Source: Planctomycetota bacterium (lineage in GTDB: Bacteria > Planctomycetota > UBA1135 > UBA2386). Taken from it: a stretch of 64,000 nt of DNA. The stretch covers positions 316-64,315 of the forward strand of contig DASUFY010000201.1 in assembly GCA_036274315.1 (NCBI GenBank). The letters run 5' to 3'. Both the position numbers and the translations under genes were made by a program. This document shows positions 45,177-53,643 of this stretch, piece after piece. Positions within the stretch are counted from its first letter, which is position 1. Each line of letters begins with the position of its first letter. The notes under the pieces are model-generated. The model was not told where the DNA came from. It did no database searches and worked only from the letters and a program-made list of their open reading frames with translations.

Positions 45177-45808
45177 GCGCGGAACCCGAACGCCAACGGC
45201 GGCAGCGCCTGCTCGAGGCGGTGCTCGCCGGCGAGATCGAACCGACGGCGGCGGAAGTCGCCGATGCGTGCCGCGACGACGCGGAGTTCGCGGTGCAGCT
45301 CGCCGAGCTGATCCGCATCCAGCAGCAGTTGACGGCGCACGGGCGCGAGGCGCGCGACGATCTGCGCGAGCCCGCCCCGGCCTTGGAGGCGGCGGCCGAA
45401 CGCGCGATGCGTCGCGCCATCGAGCCGCGCCACGATCGGCGGCGCTGGAACGTCTGGCTCGTGGCGGCGGCCGTTCTCGCGATCAGCGTGCTCGGGTGGT
45501 GGTGGTCGCGAGCAACGCCCGCAGGTTCTCAGGTGCTCGGCGGCTTCCCGGTCGCGGCGACTGCCGACGGCCGCGGTCTCGCGTTCGGGCACCAGCTGGC
45601 GGAGGGAGAGTACTTCCTGGTCACCGTCGTCGATGCTGCCGGCAACACCATGCACGCGAGCCCGCGATTGAGGGTCGCGACCTGGCGACCCGATGCGGCG
45701 CTCGTCGCGCGCTGGGCACCCGACTGGCGCGTCACGGTCGTCGCCGAGTCGAGCGACATGGGGCGCACGAACGGCCGCCCGCTCCCGGGCTGGGTGCCGG
45801 CACGGTAG
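45173..45808 (+). CDS. Putative single-pass anti-sigma factor (non-ZAS)
   Basis: The ATG overlaps the sigma stop (ATGA at 45173-45176). It has about 90 cytoplasmic aa, a TM helix WNVWLVAAAVLAISVLGWWW and about 95 extracytoplasmic aa. There is no HxxxCxxC motif. Confidence 0.65.
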   Translation: MSAEPERQRRQRLLEAVLAGEIEPTAAEVADACRDDAEFAVQLAELIRIQQQLTAHGREARDDLREPAPALEAAAERAMRRAIEPRHDRRRWNVWLVAAAVLAISVLGWWWSRATPAGSQVLGGFPVAATADGRGLAFGHQLAEGEYFLVTVVDAAGNTMHASPRLRVATWRPDAALVARWAPDWRVTVVAESSDMGRTNGRPLPGWVPAR

Positions 45809-45843
45809 GGCAGCGCGGCGGAACCCGGGGTAGAACCACGGGC

Positions 45844-48366
45844 ATGCGAGGTTCCGTTCTCACCGGCTGCGTTGCCTTCGTGCTCGCCACCGGCGCGGCG
45901 GTGGCGCAGGCGACGCCCCCATCGACGTGGGCCGAGCGCATCGCAGCGGTCGAAGCGGCCATGCCGCATGCGCGGGGCGAACGGTTGACGGCGGCCCACG
46001 TCGGCAGACTCGAGGCGTTGTTGGCGGCTCTGCCCGCATCACCTGGCGAGCATGTCGAGGCCGCCTTGGCCACGCTGGCCCATCGCGTGTCGACGCACTG
46101 GCTCGAGGAAGGCGACGATGCGACCCTGCCGGAGCGATTCGTCGCCTGGTGCGAAGGCATGTCGCATCATCCGAGTGTGACTCCGCTGGTCGCCAGTTAT
46201 CTGGCGTACGCCATCGGCGAGACCCACTTCACGACCGGTGACGCCGACGGCGCGATCGACGGCTTCCGGCGCGCCGAGGAGCTGCAGCCGGCGCTGCGGC
46301 CGCACACGCGGGCGCGGGCCTTTCGGGTCGAGCTCGATCGCCAGAACTACCGCGCCGCGTGGGCGGAGCTCGAGGCGGGCCGCGCGGGCATGGACACCTT
46401 CCGCGAGCAGGTGTACGAAGCGCACTTCGCGCTGCGGGTCGGCCTGTTCGACTGCGCGGCGCAGAAGCTCGCCGCGGCGCGCGCGATCCTCGCCGAACGC
46501 GAAGCGGCGCACGTGGCGGTCGCCTCGGAGGACCGCGAGCAGGCGTCCCTGGTGGACATGGAACTGGCGCTGCTGCGGCAGGACTATGACGCGCTCGAGG
46601 CGGCGGCGTTGGCGCTGCAGCAGCGCCCGTTGCAGCCGGCGGCGGCTTCGCGGGCGCGACTGCGCGAGCTGCAGGCCCGGATCGGCCGCGGCGAGACCGT
46701 GTCGCTCGCCACCTTGCGCGAACTGTTCGAGGGCGCCAATCAGCTCAACAAGCCGGGGCGGGCCGCAGTCTTGATCGAACAAGCGCTGCGCTGCGGCGCC
46801 GAGGACGTTGCCCGCGAAACTGCCGAGCGATTGCTCGCCGGTCGCGCGCTCGACGATCCGACGGTGACGCTGGAGACCCTGGTGGCCGTCGGGTGCTACG
46901 CGCTCCGCCCGGGCGCCGAGCCGCGGCCGCAGGATTGGCGAGCCTGGGAATCGGCGCTCGACACCGCGTGGCAGCGCCTGTTGCGCGAGTGGCACGAGGT
47001 CGAACCCGACGGCGAAGCGCTGGCGTTCCTGCAGATGGAGACGCGCCGCAACATCCTGAGCTTGTGGCTGCGCGTGCGCCGGCTCGGGGCGGGCGGGGCT
47101 GCCGCCTGCTTCGAGCACTATCTCCAAGCCGACGCATCGGGGTCCACCGCGCGGCGCATGCAGCTCGCGCCCATCGGTTGCGAGCAGGCGCTCGCCGATC
47201 TCGTGCCGGCGCGCGGCGCATTGCTCGTGTTCTTGCCAGCACCCGTCGGCTCGCACGCACTGGTGCTCGACCATCGCGGCGTCGACGTCGTGCCGTTGCC
47301 CTCCGAGGGGCCGCTGCGGCGCCGCGTCCGCGCACTGCGGCGAGCCTTCGACCAGGACGCGCTCGACGAACGCGCCTGGCGGGACCTGGCCCAGCCGATC
47401 GCGGACCAGCTGCTGCCGCCGGCCCTGCGCCAACGGATTGCGACCGCCGAGACGCTAGTCGTCGCCGGCTACGAACTGCTGCACTCGCTGCCGCTCGAGC
47501 TGTTGCCCACCGACGGCGAGACCGAGTACCGCTGGTTCGGGTTGCAACACGCGATCGTCTATGTGCCGTCGGTGACGCTGGCGGCCCACCTGGCTCGGCG
47601 CGCGGCGGCGGCGTCGAACGGGCGCGCGGAGGTGCTCGCCGGCACGACCATCGCGCCGGCCGATGTGGCGCGTTGGCAGCACGACCCGATCGACGTCGCG
47701 ACGACCGCGCTGCGGGCCGCGTTCGCCGACCTCGAACCCGCTGCACTCGACGTTCGTCGCGACGCCTCGTTCGAGCCGTGGGCCGGGGCCGGCACGCGCG
47801 CGGAGTGGGGGACCGTCATCGCGCACGGCATCAGCGATCCGCATCGGTCCTGTCCCGGCGGCATGCTGCTGGCGCCGGCGAGAGGCCGCGAGACGGGTGC
47901 GGTGTTCGCGACCGACCTGCCCCCCGCCGGCACGCCGCGCGGCGTGTTCCTCGGCGTGTGCGGCGCTCGGCGGGCAGCGCTGCGCGCCGGCGAGGATGGT
48001 GGCCATCGCTTCACCAGCGCGTTCCTCGCCGCGGGCAGCGACGCGGTGGTGGCAACGGATCTCGACGTGCGTCTCGACGACGTGCTCGCGCTGCACGGGG
48101 CGCTGCTCGCCGAGGTCCTGCGCGGCGCCGACCTGGCGACCGCCCTGTTGGGTGCGCGGCGGCAGCTCGCTGCCCGCGGAGCCTCGCCGCGAGTGTGGGC
48201 GGCGTTCCGTCTCGAGGGTCTGCCGTCGGCGACGGTGCGCTTGCCCGCGTCGACGCGTTCGTCGCGGACGTGGCATCTGTCGATGTGGCTCGGCGCCGCG
48301 CTCATCGCGATCGGCGCCGCGTTCGTCGTCCGCTGCCGGCGAGCGGCGCCCGCCGGCCGGTGCTAA
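45844..48366 (+). CDS. Exported TPR-like / CHAT-domain (caspase-fold) protease with C-terminal membrane anchor
   Basis: Real start is the ATG at 45844 inside ORF 44275..48366. Signal peptide MRGSVLTGCVAFVLATGAAVAQA, then about 500 aa of helical repeat region. CHAT blocks are LVVAGYELLHSLPLELL, VYVPSVTL, TVIAHGISD (His), VFLGVCGARR (Cys), FLAAGSDAVVATDLDV and VWAAFRLEG. The C-terminal helix WHLSMWLGAALIAIGAAFVV is followed by a basic tail. Confidence 0.85.
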   Translation: MRGSVLTGCVAFVLATGAAVAQATPPSTWAERIAAVEAAMPHARGERLTAAHVGRLEALLAALPASPGEHVEAALATLAHRVSTHWLEEGDDATLPERFVAWCEGMSHHPSVTPLVASYLAYAIGETHFTTGDADGAIDGFRRAEELQPALRPHTRARAFRVELDRQNYRAAWAELEAGRAGMDTFREQVYEAHFALRVGLFDCAAQKLAAARAILAEREAAHVAVASEDREQASLVDMELALLRQDYDALEAAALALQQRPLQPAAASRARLRELQARIGRGETVSLATLRELFEGANQLNKPGRAAVLIEQALRCGAEDVARETAERLLAGRALDDPTVTLETLVAVGCYALRPGAEPRPQDWRAWESALDTAWQRLLREWHEVEPDGEALAFLQMETRRNILSLWLRVRRLGAGGAAACFEHYLQADASGSTARRMQLAPIGCEQALADLVPARGALLVFLPAPVGSHALVLDHRGVDVVPLPSEGPLRRRVRALRRAFDQDALDERAWRDLAQPIADQLLPPALRQRIATAETLVVAGYELLHSLPLELLPTDGETEYRWFGLQHAIVYVPSVTLAAHLARRAAAASNGRAEVLAGTTIAPADVARWQHDPIDVATTALRAAFADLEPAALDVRRDASFEPWAGAGTRAEWGTVIAHGISDPHRSCPGGMLLAPARGRETGAVFATDLPPAGTPRGVFLGVCGARRAALRAGEDGGHRFTSAFLAAGSDAVVATDLDVRLDDVLALHGALLAEVLRGADLATALLGARRQLAARGASPRVWAAFRLEGLPSATVRLPASTRSSRTWHLSMWLGAALIAIGAAFVVRCRRAAPAGRC

Positions 48367-50078
48367 CCCCCCGGCGGCGGCGGCGTCGGCGGCTTCGGCG
48401 GCACCGGGGGTGGGGGCGGCAGGTCCGGCGGTTCTTCGTCGCCGCTGTGCGATTCGTGGATGATCGGCGGCACGGGCTCGACGGGCAGCGGACGCAGCAG
48501 ATAGCGGTTCGTCGATGTCTCCGTCGCCGTCTCCGTCTGGTACAGCATGAACGTCGGAATCGCGACCTCCTCGGCGCGCGCGAGCCGCCACAGCGAGTAC
48601 GGCACCACGTCGCCGTCGAGCGCGAAGACGAAACGCGTGGGCGACCACACGCGCGTGGTCGCGCCGGCGGCCACCTCGACCCAGCGCAGCAAGCCGGCGA
48701 ACGCTCGCGGCGTCGTCGGACCGGCGTCCACCGTGAAGGCGATGCTCTCCGCCGGCAAGGCCGCGCGCACGCGTTCGAGACCCACGGGATCGAGCGCCAT
48801 CGAGCCGCCGTCCGCGTGCACGCCGAACACGAGCAGCTCGAGATGTGTCGCGGCGGCAGGAGGCACGAGCCACGGATCGACCGTGACGACGAAACGCGGC
48901 TGCGCCGGCGTACCGTCGGCGGTGATCTCGGCGAGTGGGGGCCGCGGCGACAGGCCGCTCTGTTGCACGTGGATCCACACCGACGACGACGAGACGTTCG
49001 CCGGCGTCGTGAAGCGCCACGGGGCGAACAGGTCGACATTGCCGTCGCCGTCGAGGTCCCCGAGCCATGCGGCTCCGAACGCCTGCATGACCGGCTGCAC
49101 GACGCCGAACGGCGTCATCGCCGTCGCCTGCGCCACATCGAACCCTGCCACAGCGGCGGTCGGCAGGCGGTCGTTCATGACGAGCTTGGGCGGACACGCC
49201 GCTGCCGTGACGACGAGATCGTCGGCGTCGTTGCCGTCGTAGTCGCCGGCGGCGACATGGGTCACTTGACCGAGTGCGGCCGCGTCGGTCTGTGAGTGGC
49301 CCAAGCGGCTGATGCCGTGCAAGCTCGCCTGCCCGGCGACCCGGACCCACCAGGCAACGTGGTCGCAGGGCTGCATGCGCACGCGCGCCAGACGGCTGTC
49401 GCCGTCGTTGCCGAGCACGAGCTGGCGCAACACCGTGTCCGGCGTGCCGACCCACAAGCGCTGGTTGGTGGCGACGACGATCTCGAGCGGCGCGGTGTCG
49501 TTCCACTGCGCCAGCACGACGTCGGCGATCGTCTGGCCCGTGAACGCCAGCTCGACGACGGCGTGCGCCGGCGTGGCAGAGTCATCGCGCAGGCAGATGC
49601 GCAGGCGGTCGCGCGCGCTGCCGACGACGCCGACCAGGTCACAGGGTTCGTGTCCGTCGAGATCGCCGCACGCGACGCTGCGCCAGTCAACGGCCGGATC
49701 GAGGGATTCGAGCGTCGGCGCATCGACGCTCCACTGCCACAGGCCGTCGCTGGTCGCGATCGCGAGCCCGTCGCGCCCGAACGTGCCACCGCCCGGCATC
49801 GTCGCGAGCCCGACCGCTGCAACACCGGCAGCGATCGGCGTCGTCGCGTTGTGTACGGATGGGGCAGTGCACAACGCGACCTGGCTGCCGAGCAGGAACG
49901 CGAGGTCCGGATAGCCGTGACCCGTGAAGTTGCCAGCCAGCGTGCCCGTCGCCACGGCGTCCGGCGGCAGCGTCGGGGCGAACGGTATGGGCCGCCAGTA
50001 CTGCGCGGCGGCGCTGGTTGCGAGCAGGGTGGCGAGCAGGATCGCGAACACGGGTCGGGGGCAGTCGAACATGGGCAT
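48363..50078 (-). CDS. Secreted FG-GAP/VCBS-repeat (integrin-alpha-like) protein with a polyproline C-terminal tail
   Basis: ORF 48363..53681(-) trimmed to the ATG at 50078 (MPMFDCPRPVFAILLATLLATSAAAQ). Ca-binding-like DxDxDG loops are ACGDLDGHEPCDLVGV, AAGDYDGNDADDLVV and LGDLDGDGNVDLF. The tail is EEPPDLPPPPPVPPKPPTPPPPGG. Its stop overlaps the CHAT gene stop (CTAA at 48363-48366). Confidence 0.8.
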   Translation of the reverse strand: MPMFDCPRPVFAILLATLLATSAAAQYWRPIPFAPTLPPDAVATGTLAGNFTGHGYPDLAFLLGSQVALCTAPSVHNATTPIAAGVAAVGLATMPGGGTFGRDGLAIATSDGLWQWSVDAPTLESLDPAVDWRSVACGDLDGHEPCDLVGVVGSARDRLRICLRDDSATPAHAVVELAFTGQTIADVVLAQWNDTAPLEIVVATNQRLWVGTPDTVLRQLVLGNDGDSRLARVRMQPCDHVAWWVRVAGQASLHGISRLGHSQTDAAALGQVTHVAAGDYDGNDADDLVVTAAACPPKLVMNDRLPTAAVAGFDVAQATAMTPFGVVQPVMQAFGAAWLGDLDGDGNVDLFAPWRFTTPANVSSSSVWIHVQQSGLSPRPPLAEITADGTPAQPRFVVTVDPWLVPPAAATHLELLVFGVHADGGSMALDPVGLERVRAALPAESIAFTVDAGPTTPRAFAGLLRWVEVAAGATTRVWSPTRFVFALDGDVVPYSLWRLARAEEVAIPTFMLYQTETATETSTNRYLLRPLPVEPVPPIIHESHSGDEEPPDLPPPPPVPPKPPTPPPPGG

Positions 50079-50286
50079 CCTTGGCGGCGGGCGCGGCGCA
50101 GAGCCGAGGCAGACTACTCGACACCAGCAGCGTTGCGAGCGGGCCTGATCGCGTCGGTCCCTAGGGTCCGTTCCGGCCCGTTCGGGTGCGACAATCGCCG
50201 GAAAATGCGCATGCGAAGAGCCGGCGAGCGCGAGCGGCGGCGCCGCGGCCTCGGCGCGGCGATGACTCGGGCGGAAACGCGGAACA

Positions 50287-50356
50287 GGGCGACTGGAATT
50301 GGGCGACTGGAATTGGGCGACTGGAATTGGGCAACCGGAATCGGGCCGACGGACCC
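50287..50356. repeat. 14-bp tandem direct repeat: GGGCGACTGGAATT x3 perfect, plus 2 degenerate units
   Basis: Units at 50287-50300, 50301-50314 and 50315-50328 are identical. Unit 50329-50342 is GGGCAACCGGAATC (3 mismatches) and unit 50343-50356 is GGGCCGACGGACCC. The array lies in the 339-bp divergent intergenic region between the starts at 50078 (-) and 50418 (+). Confidence 0.9.
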
Positions 50357-50417
50357 GATCGCACCGTGCCGGATCCGCCGGCTTCCCTCGCTGTTCCGCA
50401 ATCGCCGAGGCTCCACG

Positions 50418-53400
50418 ATGCGCAATGCCCTTCCCACGATCTCCTCGCTCCTCCTCGCCCACGTTCTGTCGGCGCAGGGACGCACCGATTACCTCAACGT
50501 CGAGACTCCGCAGGTGAAACCGATCGCCGTGGCGAGGATCGACGGCCACGACTACATCCTCGCCTGCAACACGCCCGACAACTCGGTCGAGATCTGGGAC
50601 ACCGACGAGACGATCGTGCCCGAGAGCAGCCGCTTCCTGCTGCGCATCCCGGTCGGGCTCGAGCCAGGCTCGGTGATCTTCAGCGCCGTCACGAACTGCT
50701 TCTACACGACCGACTTCCTCAGCGACTCGGTCACCGCCGTGCAGTTGACGGCCAGCGGGTCGCCGGCCGCGCCGCTCACGTTCGAGGTGCGGGCGATGCG
50801 CAACGTCGGCGACGAGCCCGTGCACCTGGCGCTCGCCTTCGGCGATACGAAGCTCGTCGTCGCGTTCATGAGCTCGCATTCGGTCGCCGTGTTCGACGCG
50901 GCCACGCTGGCGCCGACGGCGCCCGTGATCTCGACGCACGTCGATTCGGGCGTGCCGACTCCGGGCGGGCCCAACGAAGTCTGGGCCCTGCGGGAACCGC
51001 GCACGGTCGTCGTCGATGGCAGTTCTGCCTACGTGATCGGGCACAAGGGTGGCCACCGCGCGATCGGTGCCAACAACTACGACTACGACCTCGCGAAGAT
51101 CGACCTCGTGACGGGGCTGACGACGGCGTGGACCGGCAACCTCGGCACCACGAACAGCAACCTCGCGCTCGGCGGCGACGGCAAGCTCTACGTCGTCGGC
51201 GGCCTCGCGCGCAACGAACTGCCCGCGACGGCCTTCGCCGCAAGTGCGCCCAGCGGCTTCGTCGAGAGTCGGCTGTACGTGCTCGACGCCTCGCTCGCCG
51301 CGGCGAGCCTGCAGACGCACGACCTCAACGTCCTGCCGAGCGGTGCTGTGCGCCCGCCGACGTCGTCCTGCTCGCAGCCGGCGGACGTGATGCCGTTCGC
51401 AGTGGGCGGCGTCGGCGGCAAGGTCTTCGTCGCCTCGCTCGGCACCGATCGCATCGCGGTCGTGCGACCGACGAACCAGCCGCCCGCGACCTGGGTCACC
51501 GACACCATCGACCTCGCACCGCCGAGCGCGCCGCTCGAGTGGGGACCTCGCGCCTTCGCCTACAAGCAGCGAACGACGACGCTCGGGCACCGCATCTACT
51601 TCCTCAATCGGCTCGGCAACGCGATCGGCATCCTCAATCCGATCACCGAGTCGGTGCTCGCGATGGTTCCGCTGCACAACGACCCGACGCCCGCCTACGT
51701 GCGGGACGGCCGGCCCTTCCTGTACAGCGCCAAGTTGTCCGCGAATGGCTTCGTCGCCTGCGCCTCGTGCCACACCGATGGCCGCACCGACAGCCTGCGG
51801 TGGCGGCTCGGGAGTCCGACCGGCTTCTCGGCGGCCTTCCCGCCGGAGTTCCCCGACAGTCCCGCGCGCACGGGCCCCGGTGAACTCAGCGATCTCGTGC
51901 TGCACGGCTTCGATCCCGACAAGGGACCGCTCGTGACGCAGTCCCTGCAGGGTCTGCTCAACTACGAGATCGAGCCCGACACGCAGTCGTACACGAGCAA
52001 TGCTCCGTACCACTGGCGCGGTGATCGCAGCACCTTCACCGTCTTCAACGAAGCCTTCACGGGCCTGCTCGGGCTGCCCAACCTGTCGCCGCCCAACACG
52101 CCGCCGACCGGCATCCCGACCGCGGGCATGTCGGCGTTCGAGGAGTTCGTCAACTCGATCCACTACCCGCCGAATCCGCATCAGCTCGCGACCCGCGAGT
52201 TCGGTGCCGGAGCGACGAACGGGCTCGACGCATTCCACACGGTCGGCATCGGCGGCTCCGTCGGCGGCTGCAACAACCGCTCGTGCGTGCAGTGCCACTG
52301 GCTGCCCGAGGGCAGCGGCAACCGCATGACCGAGTCCGACGGCGAGGTGCTCGAGACCGCCGCGCTGCGCGGCCTGCTGCAGAAGAACGCCACGCTCGAC
52401 CTCAACCACACCAGCGTCGGCTCCGTGCGGCTGGGCTCGCTCGCCGACAGCGCCGGCATGGCCCACGATGCGACGCACGCGAGCGTCAACGGCTTCATCA
52501 CGGACACGTTCTCGGGCAACTTCAGCGCCGGCGACCTCGACGACATCCGGGCCTTCGTCCGTGAGATGGATTGGGGCACGGCGCCGATCGTCGGCCGCAT
52601 CCGCACCCTTCACCTCGGCGACGGCGACGGCGAAGTGGTGTCGATGGAGGCCGAAGCCAAGAAGGCCAACGCGGGCGTCGTCGCGTTCGCACAGCTCGTC
52701 GTCGGCGGTGCGATCGTGCGCCGCAACTGGGTCTACTACGTGACGCGCGATCTCTACGTCGAGCAGGTGACCAGCGGCACGGCCGACGCACGCACTCGCA
52801 GCAACCTGCTGGCGCTGCTCGGCACGAGCCAGGACAGCCTCGTGTTCTGCAGCACGCCGCTGGGCAGCGAACGCCGCATCGCGTCCCCCGCGGGCACGGC
52901 AACCGCGCAGCCGCCGCTGACGCCCGCCAACCTGTCGTTCCAACCGATGCGGCCGAACACGGCCTATCGCGGCGTGCCGCTGTTGACCGGCAACTGGAGC
53001 CCGCTCGACCCCGTTGCGCCCTTCGTGTTCACCCACCAGAGCCTGCCGACGCCGCCGGCACTGCACGCGATCCGCCTGCTGCAACACGCCCTGAAGACCG
53101 GCACGCCCGTCGGTGGTCCGGCGCAGGACTTCGGCCTCGCCGGGTTGCGTCACGACGCGCCGCGTCGGTTCCGCGTCGCCGGGTCCCAGCTGCTGCTCGG
53201 CGCCGTGTTGTGGATCCGCACGCCCGACGACACCGTTCCGCCGGTGCTCTCGCAGGCTGCCAACCCGACGAAGACACGCCTGCTGCGCATCCCGATCCAT
53301 CCGAGCGGCGAGACTGCCGACGGCGTGCCCATCTGGGAGTCCGCCGTCGAGTTCGACCCGATGACCTACTACCTGATGATGGTGGGTGGACCTCGGGCTC

Positions 53401-53588
53401 AGGGCGTGCCGGAGATCCTCGAGGACCTCAACAGCACGATCGTCGAACCGCCGCTCGGTGCTCCGCCGTGGCGCGCGCCGAGCGGCCCCGCCGTGGCCCC
53501 GGACCTCTTCAACTGGCACTACGTTTCGGTGCAGAACCCGGGGCAACCCGAGGTCGTCATCGGCTGGCGGCGCGTCGTGCTCGATTGA
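50418..53588 (+). CDS. Secreted beta-propeller fused to a di-haem cytochrome c peroxidase/MauG-like domain, with a long C-terminal extension
   Basis: Real start is the ATG at 50418 inside ORF 49296..53588 (MRNALPTISSLLLAHVLSAQG). The N-terminal roughly 430 aa is propeller-like (NSVEIWDTD, DSVTAVQL, HSVAVFDA, DRIAVVRP, NAIGILNP). Two CxxCH motifs are present (FVACASCHTDGRTD and NRSCVQCHWLPEGSG), with CCP-like blocks between them (VTQSLQGLLNY, APYHWRGDRSTF). Confidence 0.85.
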   Translation: MRNALPTISSLLLAHVLSAQGRTDYLNVETPQVKPIAVARIDGHDYILACNTPDNSVEIWDTDETIVPESSRFLLRIPVGLEPGSVIFSAVTNCFYTTDFLSDSVTAVQLTASGSPAAPLTFEVRAMRNVGDEPVHLALAFGDTKLVVAFMSSHSVAVFDAATLAPTAPVISTHVDSGVPTPGGPNEVWALREPRTVVVDGSSAYVIGHKGGHRAIGANNYDYDLAKIDLVTGLTTAWTGNLGTTNSNLALGGDGKLYVVGGLARNELPATAFAASAPSGFVESRLYVLDASLAAASLQTHDLNVLPSGAVRPPTSSCSQPADVMPFAVGGVGGKVFVASLGTDRIAVVRPTNQPPATWVTDTIDLAPPSAPLEWGPRAFAYKQRTTTLGHRIYFLNRLGNAIGILNPITESVLAMVPLHNDPTPAYVRDGRPFLYSAKLSANGFVACASCHTDGRTDSLRWRLGSPTGFSAAFPPEFPDSPARTGPGELSDLVLHGFDPDKGPLVTQSLQGLLNYEIEPDTQSYTSNAPYHWRGDRSTFTVFNEAFTGLLGLPNLSPPNTPPTGIPTAGMSAFEEFVNSIHYPPNPHQLATREFGAGATNGLDAFHTVGIGGSVGGCNNRSCVQCHWLPEGSGNRMTESDGEVLETAALRGLLQKNATLDLNHTSVGSVRLGSLADSAGMAHDATHASVNGFITDTFSGNFSAGDLDDIRAFVREMDWGTAPIVGRIRTLHLGDGDGEVVSMEAEAKKANAGVVAFAQLVVGGAIVRRNWVYYVTRDLYVEQVTSGTADARTRSNLLALLGTSQDSLVFCSTPLGSERRIASPAGTATAQPPLTPANLSFQPMRPNTAYRGVPLLTGNWSPLDPVAPFVFTHQSLPTPPALHAIRLLQHALKTGTPVGGPAQDFGLAGLRHDAPRRFRVAGSQLLLGAVLWIRTPDDTVPPVLSQAANPTKTRLLRIPIHPSGETADGVPIWESAVEFDPMTYYLMMVGGPRAQGVPEILEDLNSTIVEPPLGAPPWRAPSGPAVAPDLFNWHYVSVQNPGQPEVVIGWRRVVLD

Positions 53589-53589
53589 C

Positions 53590-53641
53590 CGCGAGCTGGA
53601 AGCGGCTCGCGAGTGCGCGGGCCGTTCGACGGACGCCCGCG
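53590..53641. terminator. Two adjacent hairpins between convergent genes (candidate bidirectional terminator)
   Basis: CGCGAGC-tggaagcg-GCTCGCG (53590-53611) and CGCGGGC-cgttcgacggac-GCCCGCG (53616-53641). Both stems are 7 bp and perfect. Confidence 0.4.
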
Positions 53642-53643
53642 AG

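Noticed and set aside
50287-50356. The tandem repeat considered as a possible CRISPR array.
   Set aside because: The units are 14 bp and directly adjacent with no spacers. There are only 3 perfect copies and no cas genes in the window.
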